A DNA stretch of 64,000 nucleotides from the NCBI RefSeq assembly GCF_009914755.1, contig NC_060938.1; one strand, given 5' to 3'. Source of the stretch: the human T2T-CHM13v2.0 reference genome, Homo sapiens. Each line of letters starts with the position of its first letter. The stretch's first letter is position 1. This document shows, piece after piece, positions 28,131-41,600 of the stretch. The position numbers and the translations under genes were made by a program. The notes beneath the pieces are model-generated. The model was given only the letters and a program-made list of their open reading frames with translations. It was not told where the DNA came from and made no database searches.

Positions 28131-31100
28131 GGAAAGGAATGTAATGGAATGGAATGGAATCAACACGAATGGAATGGAACGGAATGGAATGGGATGGGAT
28201 GGAATGGAATGGAATGGAATGGAATCAACACGAATGGAATGGAACGGAATGGAATGGTATGGGATGGAATGGAATGGAATGGAAGTTAATCAACACGAAT
28301 GGAATGGAACGGAATGGAATGCAATGCAATGGAATGCAATGAACCGGAATGGAATGGAATGGATTCGAATGGAATGGAATGGAATCAACCCGAGCGGAAA
28401 GGAATGGAATGGAATGGAGTGGAATGGAATTTAACGGAATGGAATGGAATGGAATGCAATGGAATGGAATGGAAAGGAACGGAATGGAAAGGAATGGAAT
28501 GGAATGATCCCGAATGGATTTGAATGGATTGGAATGGAATGGAATGGAATGAACCCGAGCGGAAAGGAATGGAATGGAATGGAATGGAATGGAATGTAAT
28601 GGAATGGAATGGAATGGAATGGAATGGAATGGAATGGAATGGAATCAACACGAATGCAATGGAACGGAATGGAATGGGATGGGATGGAATGGAATGGAAT
28701 GGAAGTTAATCAACGCAAATGGAATGGAACGGAATGGAATGGAATGGAATGGAATGGAATGGAATGGAATGGAATGGAATGAACCCGAATGCAATGGAAT
28801 TGATTGGAATTGAAAGGAATGGAATCAACCCGAGCGGAAATGAATGGAATGGAATGGAGTGGAATGGAATGTAACGGAATGGAATGGAATGGAGTGGAAT
28901 GGAATGGAATGGAGTGGAATGGAACGGAATGGTGTGGAATGGAATAAACACCAGGGGAATGAAATGGATTGGAAAGAAATGGAATGGAATGGAATGGAAT
29001 GAAATCAACCCGAGTGGAATGCAACGGAATGGAATGGAATGGAAAGGAATGAAGGTAATGGAATGGGGTGGAATCAACAGGAGAGGAATGGAATGGAATG
29101 GAATGGAACGGAACGGAATGGAAAGGAATGAAATGGAATGAACCCCAATGGAATGGAATGGATTGGAATGGAATGGAATTGAATCAACCCGAGCGGAAAG
29201 GAATGGAATGGAATGGAGTGGAATGGAATGTAATGTAATGGAATGGAATGGAATGGAATGGAATCAACACGAATGGAATGGAACGAAATGGAATGGGATG
29301 CGATTGAATGGAATGGAATGGAAGTTAATCAACACGAATGGAATGGGATGGGATGGAATGGAATGGAATGGAAGTTAATCAACACGAATGGAATGGAACG
29401 GAATGGAATGGAATGGAATGGAATGGAATGGAATGGAACGGAATGGAGTGGAATGCAATAAACACCAGGGGAATGAAATTGATTGGAATGAAGTGGAATG
29501 GAATGGAATGGAATGGAATGAAATCAACCCGAGTGGAATGGAACGGAATGGAATGGAATGGAAAGGAATGAATGGAAAGGAATGGTGTGGAATCAACACG
29601 AAAGGAATGGAATGGAATGGAATGGAACGGAACGGAATGGAAAGGAATGGAATGGAATGAACCCGAATGGAATGGAATGGATTGGAATGGAATGGAATGG
29701 AATCAACCCGAGCGAAAAGGAACGAAATGGAATGGAGTGGAATGTAATGTAATGGAATGGAATGGAATGGAGTCAACACAAATGGAATGGAACGGAATGG
29801 AATGGGATAGGATGGAATGGTATGGAATGGAAGTTAATCAACACGAATGGAATGGAACGGAATGGAATGGAATGGAATGGAAAGGAATGGAATGGAATGG
29901 AATGGAATGGAATCAAATGGAAAGGAACGGAATGGATTCAACACGAGTGGAATGGAATGGAATGGAATGGAATCAACCCCAGTGGAATGAACTGGAATGT
30001 AATGCAATGGGATGGAGTGGAATCAACCAGAGTGGAATGGAATGGAATGGAATGGAATGCAATGCAATGGAATGGAATAAATCTGGGTCGAGTGGAATGC
30101 AATGAAACGGAGTGGAATGTAATGGAATTTAGTGGAATGGAATGGAATGGAATGGAATGAAATGGATTGGATCGGAATGGAATCCAATGGAATCAACTGC
30201 AATGGAATGGAATGGAATGGAATGAAATGGAATAAATCCGGGTGGAATGGAATGGAATGTAATGGAGTGGAATGGAATGGAATTTAGTGGAATGGAATGG
30301 AAAGGAATGGAATGAAATGGAATGGAATGGAATGGAATGGAATGGAATCAACCCGAATGGGATGGCATGGAATGGAATTGAATGGAATGGAATGTAATGG
30401 ACTGTAATGGAATGGAATGGAATGGAATCAACCCAAGTGCAATGGAATGGAAGGGAATTCAATGGAATCCACCCGAGTGGAATGGAATGGAATGGAATGG
30501 AATGGAATGGAATTGAATGGAATGGAATGGAATGGAATGGAATGGAATCAACACGAATGGAATGGAACGGAATGGAACGGGATGTGATGGAATGGAATGG
30601 AATGGAAGTTAATCAACACGAATGGAATGGAACGGAATGGAATGGAATGGAATGGAATGGAATGGAATGGAATGAAACGGAAAGGAACGGAATGGAATCA
30701 ACACGAGTGGAATGGAATGGAACAGAATGGAATCAACCCGAGTGGAATGAAATGGAATGTAATGCAATGGGATGGAGTGGAATCAACCCGAGTAGAATGG
30801 AATGTAATGGAATAGAATGAAATGGAACGGATCGGAATGGAATCCAATGGAATCAACTGGAATGGAATGTAATGGAATGGAATGGAAAGGAATAAATCCG
30901 GGTGGAGTGGAATGGAATGTAATGGAGTGGAATGTAATGGAATTTAGTGGAATGGAATCGAATGGAATGGAATGGAATGGAATGGAATGCAATTGAATGA
31001 AATGGATTGGATCGGAATATAATCCAATGGAATAAACCGGAATGGAATGGAATGGAATGGAATGAAATGGATTGGATCGGAATGGAATCCAATGGAATCA

Positions 31101-32950
31101 ACTGGAATGGAATGGAATGGAATGGAATAAATCCAGGTGGAGTGGAATGGAATGTAATGGAGTGGAACGGAATGGAATTTACTAGAATGGAATGCAATGG
31201 AATGGAATGGAATGGAATGGAATGGAATGGAATGGAATTAACCAGAGTGGAATGGAATGGAATGGAATGGAAAGGAATGGAATGGAATGGAATGGAATGG
31301 AATGGAATGGAATCAACCCGAATGGGATGGCATGGAATGGAATTGAATGGAATGGAATGGAATGGAGTCAACCCAAGTGCAATGGAATGGAATGGAATGC
31401 CATGCAATCCACCCTAGTGGAATGGAATGGAAAGGAATGGAATGGAATGAAATGGAATGGAATGGAATGGAATAAACACCAGGGGAATGAAATGGATTGG
31501 AATGAAATGGAATGGAATGGAATGGAATGGAATGGAATGGAATGGAATGAAATCAACCCGAGTGGAATGGAACGGAATTGAATGGAATGGAAAGGAATGA
31601 ATGGAATTGAATGGTGTGGAATCAACACGAGAGGAATGGAATGGAATCGAATGGAACGGAACGGAATGGAAAGGAATGCAATGGAATGGAACGGAACAGA
31701 ATGGAAAGGAATGGAATGGAATGAAACCGAATGGAATGGAATGGATTGGAATTTAATGGAATGGAATCAACCCGAGCGGAAAGGAATGGAATGGAATGGA
31801 GTGGAATGAAATGTAATGTAATGTAATGTAATGTAATGGAACAGAATGGAATCAACACGAATGGAATGGAACGGAATGTAATGGGATGGGAAGGAATGGA
31901 ATGGAATGGAAGTTGATCAACACGAATGGAATGGAACGGAATGGAATGGAATGGAATGGAATGAACCCGAATGGAATGGAATGGATTGGAATGGAATGGA
32001 ATGGAATCAACACGAGCGGAAAGGAATGGAATGGAATGGAGTGGATTGGAATGGAATGGAATGGAATGGAATGGAATCAACACGAATGGAATGGAACGGA
32101 ATGGAATGGGATGGGATGGAATGGAATGGACTGGAAGTTAATCAACACGAATGGAATGGAAAGGAATGGAATGGAATGGAATGGAACGGAACGGAAAGGA
32201 ATGGAATGGAATGGAATGGAATGGAATGGAATGGAATGAAATGAAATGGAAAGGAAGCAAATGGAATCAACACGAGTGGAATGGAATGGAATGGAATGGA
32301 ATCAACCCGAGTGGAATGAAATGGAATGTAATGCAATGGGATGGAGTGGAATCAACCCGAGTGGAATGGAATGGAATGGAAAGGAATGGAATGGAATGAA
32401 GTGGAATGGATCGGAATGGAATCCAATGGAATCAACTGGAATGGAATGGAATGGAATGGAATGGAATAAATCCTGGTGGAGTGGAATGGAATGTAATGGA
32501 GTGGAATGTAATGGAATATAGTGTAATGGAATGGAATGGAATGGAATGGAATGGAATGAAATGGATTGGATCGGAATGGAATCCAATGGAATCAACTGGA
32601 ATGGAATGGCATGGAATGGAATGGAATGGAATGGAATGGAATGGAATGGAATGGAATGGAATAGAATGGAATGGAATAAATCCGGATGGAGTGGAATGGA
32701 ATGTAATGGAGTGGAATTGAATGGAATTTAGAGCAATGGAATGGAATGGAATGGAATGGAATGGAATGGAATGGAATGGAATGGAATCAAACCGAAATGG
32801 ATGGCATGGAATGGAATTCAATGGAATGGAATGGAATTGAATGAAAGGGAATCAACCCAAGAGAAATGGAATGGAATGGAATGCACTGGAATCCACCCGA
32901 GTGGAATGGAATGGAATGGAATGGAATTGAATGGAATGGAGTGGAATGGA
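25550..32950 (+). repeat. Large duplication B, copy 1 (about 7.4 kb; offset about 16.0 kb)
   Basis: GAATTC 30455/46439 and 32814/48768; GATTGTATCGG 27583/43582. ORF pairs 25663/41647, 28084/44073, 29558/45537 and 31582/47536. Confidence 0.92.
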
Positions 32951-34344
32951 ATGGAATCAACACGAATGGAATGGAACGGAATGGAATGGGATGGGATGCA
33001 ATGGAATGGAATGGAAGTTAATCAACACGAATGGAATGGAAGGAATGGAATGGATTGGAATGGAATGAAATGGAATGGATCGGAAAGGAATCCAATGGAA
33101 TCAACTGGAATGGAATGGAATGCAATGGAATGGAATGGAATGGAATGCAATGGAATGGAATAAATCTGGGTCGAGTGGAATGGAATGAAACGGAGTGGAA
33201 TATAAAGGAATTTGGTGGAATGGAATGGAATGGAATGGAATGAAATGGATTGGATCGGAATGGAATCCAATGCAATCAACTGGAATGGAATGGAATGGAA
33301 TAAACCCGGGTGGAGTAGAATGGAATGTAATGGAGTGGAATGGAATGGAATTTAATGGAATGGAATGGAATGGAATGGAATGAAATGGATTGGATCGGAA
33401 TGGAATCCAATGGAATCAACTGGAATGGAATGGAATGGAATAAATCCGGGTGGAGTGGAATGGAATGTAACGGAGTGGAATGGAATGGAATTTAGTGGAA
33501 TGGTATGGAAAGGAATGGAATGAAATGGAATGGAATGGAATGGAATGGAATGGAATGGAATCAACCCAAATGGGATGGCATGGAATGGAATTGAATGGAA
33601 TGGAATGGAATGGACTGTAATGGAATTGAATGGAATGGAGTCAACCCAAGTGCAATGGAATGGAGTGGAATGCAATGGAATCCACCCGGGTGGAATGGAA
33701 TGGAATGGAATGGAATGGAATGGAATGGAATGGAACGGAATGGAGTGGAATGGAATAAACACCAGGGGAATGAAATGGATTGGAAAGAAAAGGAATGGAA
33801 TGGAATGGAATGAAATCAACCCGAGTGGAATGCAACAGAATGGAATGGAATGGAGAGGAATGAATGGAAAGGAATGGTGTGGAATCAACACGAGAGGAAT
33901 GGAATGGAATGGAATGGAAGGGAACGGAATGGGAAGGAATGGAATGGAATGATCCCGAATGGAACGGAATGGATTGGAAAGGAATGGAATGGAATCAACT
34001 CGAGCGGAAAGGAATGGAATGGAATGGAGTGGAATGGAATGGAATGGAATGGAATGGAATGGAATCAACACGAATGGAATGCAACGGAATGGAATGGGAT
34101 GGGATGGAATGGAATGGAATGGAGGTTAATCAACGCGAATGGAATGGAACGGAATGGAATGGAATGGAATTTAATGGAATGGAATGGAATAGAATGGAAT
34201 GAAACGGAAAGGAACGGAATGGAATCAACACGAGTGGAATGTAATGGAACGGAATGGAATCAACCCGAGTGGAATGAAATGGAATGTAATGCAATGGGAT
34301 GGAGTGGAATCAACCCGAGTGGAATGGAATGGAATGGAATGGAA

Positions 34345-37300
34345 TGGAAGTTAATCAACACGAATGGAATGGAACGGAATGGAATGGAATGCAATGGAAT
34401 GGAATGAACCCGAATGCAATGGAATGGATTGGAATGGAATGGAATGGAATCAACCCGAGCGGAAAGGAATGGAATGGAATGGAGTGGAATGGAATGTAAT
34501 GGAATGGAATGGAATGGAATGGAATGGAATGGAATGGAATGGAATCAACACGAATGGAATGGAACGGAATGGAATGGGATGGGATGGAATGGAATGGAAT
34601 GGAAGTTAATCAACACGAATGGAATGGAAGGAATGGAATGGATTGGAATGGAATGAAATGGAAAGGAACGGAATGGAATCAACACGAGTGGAATGGAATG
34701 GAATAAAATGGAAAGGAACAGAATTGAATCAACATGAGTGGAATGGAATGGAACGGAATGGAATCAACCCGAGTGGAATGAAATGGAATGTAATGCAGTG
34801 GGATGGATTAGAATCAACCCGAGTGGAATGGAATGGAATGGAATGAAATGGAATGGATCGGAATGGAATCCAATGGAATCAACAGGAATGGAATGGAATG
34901 GAATGGAATGGAATGGAATGGAATAAATCCGGGTGGAGTGGAATGGAATGTAATGGAGTGGAATGTAATGGAATTTAGTGGAAAGGAATGGAATGGAATG
35001 GAATGGAATGGAATGGAATGGAATGGAATGAAATGGATTGGATAGGAATGGAATCCAATGGAATCAACTGGAATGGAATGGAATGGAATGGAAAGGAATG
35101 GAATAAATCCGGGTGGAGTGGAATGGAATGGAATGGAGTGGAATGGAATGGAATTTAATGGAATGGAATGGAATGGAATGGAATGGAATGGAATGGAATG
35201 GAATGGAATCAACCCGAGTGGAATGGAACGGAATGGAATGGAAAGGAATGGAATGGAATGGAATAGAATGGAATGGAATGGAATGGAATGGAATGGAATG
35301 GAATGGAATGGAATGGAGTGGAATGGAACGGAATGGAGTGGAATGCAATAAAAACCAGGGGAATGAAATTGATTGGAATGAAGTGGAATGGAATGGAATG
35401 GAATCAACCCAAGCGGAAAGGAACGGAATGGAATGGAGTGGAATGTAATGTAATGGAATGGAATGGAATGGAATGGAATCAACACAAATTGAATGGAACG
35501 GAATGGAATGGGATAGGATGGAATGGTATGGAATGGAAGTTAATCAACACGAATGGAATGGAATGGAATGGAATGGAATGGAATGAAATGGAATGGATCG
35601 GAATGGAATCCAATGGAATCAACTGGAATGGAATGGAATGGAATGGAATGGAATGGAATGCAATGGAATGGAATAAATCTGGGTGGAGTGGAATGGATGA
35701 AACGGAGTGGAATGTAATGGAATTTAGTGGAATGGAATGTAATGTACTGTAATGGAATGGAATGGAATAGAATGGAATGGAATTAAATGGATTGGATCGG
35801 AATGGAATCCAATGGAATCAACTGGAATGGAATGGAATGGAATGGAATGGAATAAATCCGGGTGGAGTGGAATGGAATGTAATGGAGTGGAATGGAATGG
35901 AATTTAGTGGAATGGAATGGAATGGAATGGAATCGAATGAAATGGATTGCATCGGAATGGAATCCAATGGAATCAACTGGAATGGAATGGAATGGAATAA
36001 ATCCGGGTGGAGTGGAATGGAATGTAATGGAGTGGAATGGAATGGAATTTAGTGGAATGGAATGGAAAGGAATGGAATGCAATGGAATGGAATGGAATGG
36101 AATGGAATCAACCCGAATGGGATGGCATGGAATGGAATTGAATGGAATGGAATTTAATGCACTGTAATGGAATGGAATGGAATGGAATCAACCCAAGTGC
36201 AATGGAATGGAATGGAATACGATGGAATCCACCCGAGTGGAATGGAATGGAATGGAATGGAATGGAATGGAATGGAATGGAATGGAGTGGAATGGAACGG
36301 AATGGAGTGGAATGGAATAAACAACAGGGGAATGAATTGGATTGGAAATAAATGGAATGGAATGGAATGGAATGAAATCAAACCGAGTGGAATGCAACGG
36401 AATGGAATGGAATGGAAAGGAATGAATGTAATGGAATGGGGTGGAATCAACACGAGAGGAATGGAATGGAATGGAATGGAAAGGAACGGAATGGAAAGGA
36501 ATGTAATGGAATGGAATGGAATCAACACGAATGGAATGGAACGGAATGGAATGGGATGGGATGGAATGGAATGGAATGGAATGGAATCAACACGAATGGA
36601 ATGGAACGGAATGGAATGGGATGGGATGGAATGGAATGGAATGGAAGTTAATCAACACGAATGGAATGGAACGGAATGGAATGCAATGCAATGGAATGGA
36701 ATGAACCCGAATGGAATGGAATGGATTGGAATGGAATGGAATGGAATCAACCCGAGCGGAAAGGAATGGAATGGAATGGAGTGGAATGGAATTTAATGGA
36801 ATGGAATGGAATGGAATGCAATGGAATGGAATGGAAAGGAACGGAATGGAAAGGAATGGAATGGAATGATCCCGAATGGATTTGAATGGATTGGAATGGA
36901 ATGGAATGGAATGAACCCGAGCGGAAAGGAATGGAATGGAATGGAGTGGAATGGAATGTAATGGAATGGATTGGAATGGAATGGAATGGAATGGAATGGA
37001 ATCAACACGAATGCAATGGAACGGAATGGAATGGGATGGGATGGAATGGAATGGAATGGAAGTTAATCAACGCGAATGGAATGTAACGGAATGGAATGGA
37101 ATGGAGTGGAATGGAATGGAATGGAGTGGAATGGAACGGAATGGTGTGGAATGGAATAAACACCAGGGGAATGAAATGGATTGGAAAGAAATGGAATGGA
37201 ATGGAATGGAATGAAATCAACCCGAGTGGAATGCAACGGAATGGAATGGAATGGAAAGGAATGAAGGTAATGGAATGGGGTGGAATCAACAGGAGAGGAA

Positions 37301-37620
37301 TGGAATGGAATGGAATGGAACGGAACGGAATGGAAAGGAATGAAATGGAATGAACCCCAATGGAATGGAATGGATTGGAATGGAATGGAATTGAATCAAC
37401 CCGAGCGGAAAGGAATGGAATGGAATGGAGTGGAATGGAATGGAATGTAATGGAATGGAATGGAATGGAATGGAATCAACACGAATGGAATGGAACGAAA
37501 TGGAATGGGATGCGATTGAATGGAATGGAATGGAAGTTAATCAACACGAATGGAATGGGATGGGATGGAATGGAATGGAATGGAAGTTAATCAACACGAA
37601 TGGAATGGAACGGAATGGAA
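34345..37620 (+). repeat. Duplication C: copy of about 25960-29410 (offset about 8.2-8.4 kb)
   Basis: ORF pairs 26237/34619, 26676/35058, 28299/36661 and 29148/37360. Shared GGATTAGAATCA, GATCCCGAATGGATTTGAAT and GGATGCGATTGAAT variants. An about 150-bp block present at about 28720-28870 is missing at about 37080. Confidence 0.85.
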
Positions 37621-40600
37621 TGGAATGGAATGAAAAGGAATAGAATGGAATGCAATGCAATGAAATGGAAAGGAACGGAATGGAATCAACACGAGTGGAA
37701 TGGAATGGAACGGAATGGAATCAACCCCAGTGGAATGAACTGGAATGTAATGCAATGGGATGGAGTGGAATCAACCCGAGTGGAATGGAATGGAATGGAA
37801 TGGAATGGAATGAAATGGAATGGATCGGAATGGAATCCAACGGAATCAACTGGAATGGAATGGTATGGAATGGAATGGAATGGAAAGCAATGGAATGGAA
37901 TAAATCTGGGTGGAGTGGAATGGAATGAAGCGGAGTGGAATGTAATGGAATTTAGTGGAATGGAATGTAATGTAATGGAATGGAATGGAATGGAATGGAA
38001 TCGAATGAAATGGATTGGATCGGAATGGAATCCAATGGAATCAACTGCAATGGAATGGAATGGAATAAATCCGGGTGGAGTGGAATGGAATGTAATGGAA
38101 TTTAATGGAATGGAATATAGTGGAATGGAATGGAAAGGAATGGAATGAAATGGAATGGAATGGAATGGAATGGAATCAACCCGAATGGGATGGCATGGAA
38201 TGGAATTGAATGGAATGGAATGGAATGGAATCAACCCAAGTGCAATGGAATGGAATGGAATGCAATGGAATCCACCCGAGTGGAATGGAATGGAATGGAA
38301 TGGAATGGAATGGAATGGAATGGAATGGAGTGCAATGGAACGGAATGGAGTGGAATGGAATAAACAACAGGGGAATGAATTGGATTGGAAATAAATGGAA
38401 TGGAATGGAATGGGGTGGAATCAACACGAGAGGAATGGAATGGAATGGAATGGAATAGAATGGAATGGAATGGAATGGAATGGAATGGAATGGAATGGAA
38501 TGGAGTGGAATGGAACGGAATGGAGTGGAATGCAATAAAAACCAGGGGAATGAAATTGATTGGAATGAAGTGGAATGGAATGGAATGGAATGGAATCAAC
38601 CCAAGCGGAAAGGAACGGAATGGAATGGAGTGGAATGTAATGTAATGGAATGGAATGGAATGGAATGGAATCAACACAAATTGAATGGAACGGAATGGAA
38701 TGGGATAGGATGGAATGGTATGGAATGGAAGTTAATCAACACGAATGGAATGGAATGGAATGGAATGGAATGGAATGAAATGGAATGGATCGGAATGGAA
38801 TCCAATGGAATCAACTGGAATGGAATGGAATGGAATGGAATGGAATGGAATGGAATGGAATGCAATGGAATGGAATAAATCTGGGTGGAGTGGAATGGAT
38901 GAAACGGAGTGGAATGTAATGGAATTTAGTGGAATGGAATGTAATGTACTGTAATGGAATGGAATGGAATGGAATGGAATGGAATTAAATGGATTGGATC
39001 GGAATGGAATCCAATGGAATCAACTGGAATGGAATGGAATGGAATGGAATGGAATAAATCCGGGTGGAGTGGAATGGAATGTAATGGAGTGGAATGGAAT
39101 GGAATTTAGTGGAATGGAATGGAATGGAATGGAATCGAATGAAATGGATTGCATCGGAATGGAATCCAATGGAATCAACTGGAATGGAATGGAATGGAAT
39201 AAATCCGGGTGGAGTGGAATGGAATGTAATGGAGTGGAATGGAATGGAATTTAGTGGAATGGAATGGAAAGGAATGGAATGCAATGGAATGGAATGGAAT
39301 GGAATGGAATCAACCCGAATGGGATGGCATGGAATGGAATTGAATGGAATGGAATTTAATGCACTGTAATGGAATGGAATGGAATGGAATCAACCCAAGT
39401 GCAATGGAATGGAATGGAATACGATGGAATCCACCCGAGTGGAATGGAATGGAATGGAATGGAATGGAATGGAATGGAATGGAGTGGAATGGAACGGAAT
39501 GGAGTGGAATGGAATAAACAACAGGGGAATGAATTGGATTGGAAATAAATGGAATGGAATGGAATGGAATGAAATCAAACCGAGTGGAATGCAACGGAAT
39601 GGAATGGAATGGAAAGGAATGAATGTAATGGAATGGGGTGGAATCAACACGAGAGGAATGGAATGGAATGGAATGGAAAGGAACGGAATGGAAAGGAATG
39701 TAATGGAATGGAATGGAATCAACACGAATGGAATGGAACGGAATGGAATGGGATGGGATGGAATGGAATGGAATGGAATGGAATCAACACGAATGGAATG
39801 GAACGGAATGGAATGGGATGGGATGGAATGGAATGGAATGGAAGTTAATCAACACGAATGGAATGGAACGGAATGGAATGCAATGCAATGGAATGGAATG
39901 AACCCGAATGGAATGGAATGGATTGGAATGGAATGGAATGGAATCAACCCGAGTGGAAAGGAATGGAATGGAATGGAGTGGAATGGAATTTAATGGAATG
40001 GAATGGAATGGAATGCAATGGAATGGAATGGAAAGGAACGGAATGGAAAGGAATGGAATGGAATGATCCCGAATGGATTTGAATGGATTGGAATGGAATG
40101 GAATGGAATGAACCCGAGCGGAAAGGAATGGAATGGAATGGAGTGGAATGGAATGTAATGGAATGGATTGGAATGGAATGGAATGGAATGGAATGGAATC
40201 AACACGAATGCAATGGAACGGAATGGAATGGGATGGGATGGAATGGAATGGAATGGAAGTTAATCAACGCGAATGGAATGTAACGGAATGGAATGGAATG
40301 GAGTGGAATGGAATGGAATGGAGTGGAATGGAACGGAATGGTGTGGAATGGAATAAACACCAGGGGAATGAAATGGATTGGAAAGAAATGGAATGGAATG
40401 GAATGGAATGAAATCAACCCGAGTGGAATGCAACGGAATGGAATGGAATGGAAAGGAATGAAGGTAATGGAATGGGGTGGAATCAACAGGAGAGGAATGG
40501 AATGGAATGGAATGGAACGGAACGGAATGGAAAGGAATGAAATGGAATGAACCCCAATGGAATGGAATGGATTGGAATGGAATGGAATTGAATCAACCCG

Positions 40601-41600
40601 AGCGGAAAGGAATGGAATGGAATGGAGTGGAATGGAATGTAATGTAATGGAATGGAATGGAATGGAATGGAATCAACACGAATGGAATGGAACGAAATGG
40701 AATGGGATGCGATTGAATGGAATGGAATGGAAGTTAATCAACACGAATGGAATGGGATGGGATGGAATGGAATGGAATGGAAGTTAATCAACACGAATGG
40801 AATGGAACGGAATGGAATGGAATGGAATGAAAAGGAATAGAATGGAATGCAATGCAATGAAATGGAAAGGAACGGAATGGAATCAACACGAGTGGAATGG
40901 AATGGAACGGAATGGAATCAACCCCAGTGGAATGAACTGGAATGTAATGCAATGGGATGGAGTGGAATCAACCCGAGTGGAATGGAATGGAATGGAATGG
41001 AATGGAATGAAATGGAATGGATCGGAATGGAATCCAACGGAATCAACTGGAATGGAATGGTATGGAATGGAATGGAATGGAAAGCAATGGAATGGAATAA
41101 ATCTGGGTGGAGTGGAATGGAATGAAGCGGAGTGGAATGTAATGGAATTTAGTGGAATGGAATGTAATGTAATGGAATGGAATGGAATGGAATGGAATCG
41201 AATGAAATGGATTGGATCGGAATGGAATCCAATGGAATCAACTGCAATGGAATGGAATGGAATAAATCCGGGTGGAGTGGAATGGAATGTAATGGAGTTT
41301 AATGGAATGGAATATAGTGGAATGGAATGGAAAGGAATGGAATGAAATGGAATGGAATGGAATGGAATGGAATCAACCCGAATGGGATGGCATGGAATGG
41401 AATTGAATGGAATGGAATGGAATGGAATCAACCCAAGTGCAATGGAATGGAATGGAATGCAATGGAATCCACCCGAGTGGAATGGAATGGAATGGAATGG
41501 AATGGAATGGAATGGAATGGAGTGCAATGGAACGGAATGGAGTGGAATGGAATAAACAACAGGGGAATGAATTGGATTGGAAATAAATGGAATGGAATGG
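35260..41600 (+). repeat. Direct tandem duplication of an about 3.2-kb unit (about 35260-38455 and 38456-41600)
   Basis: Nearly identical ORF pairs at offsets of 3197-3202: 35783/38985, 36412/39609, 37096/40293, 37600/40797 and 38130/41327. GATTGCATCGG at 35945/39147. Confidence 0.93.
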
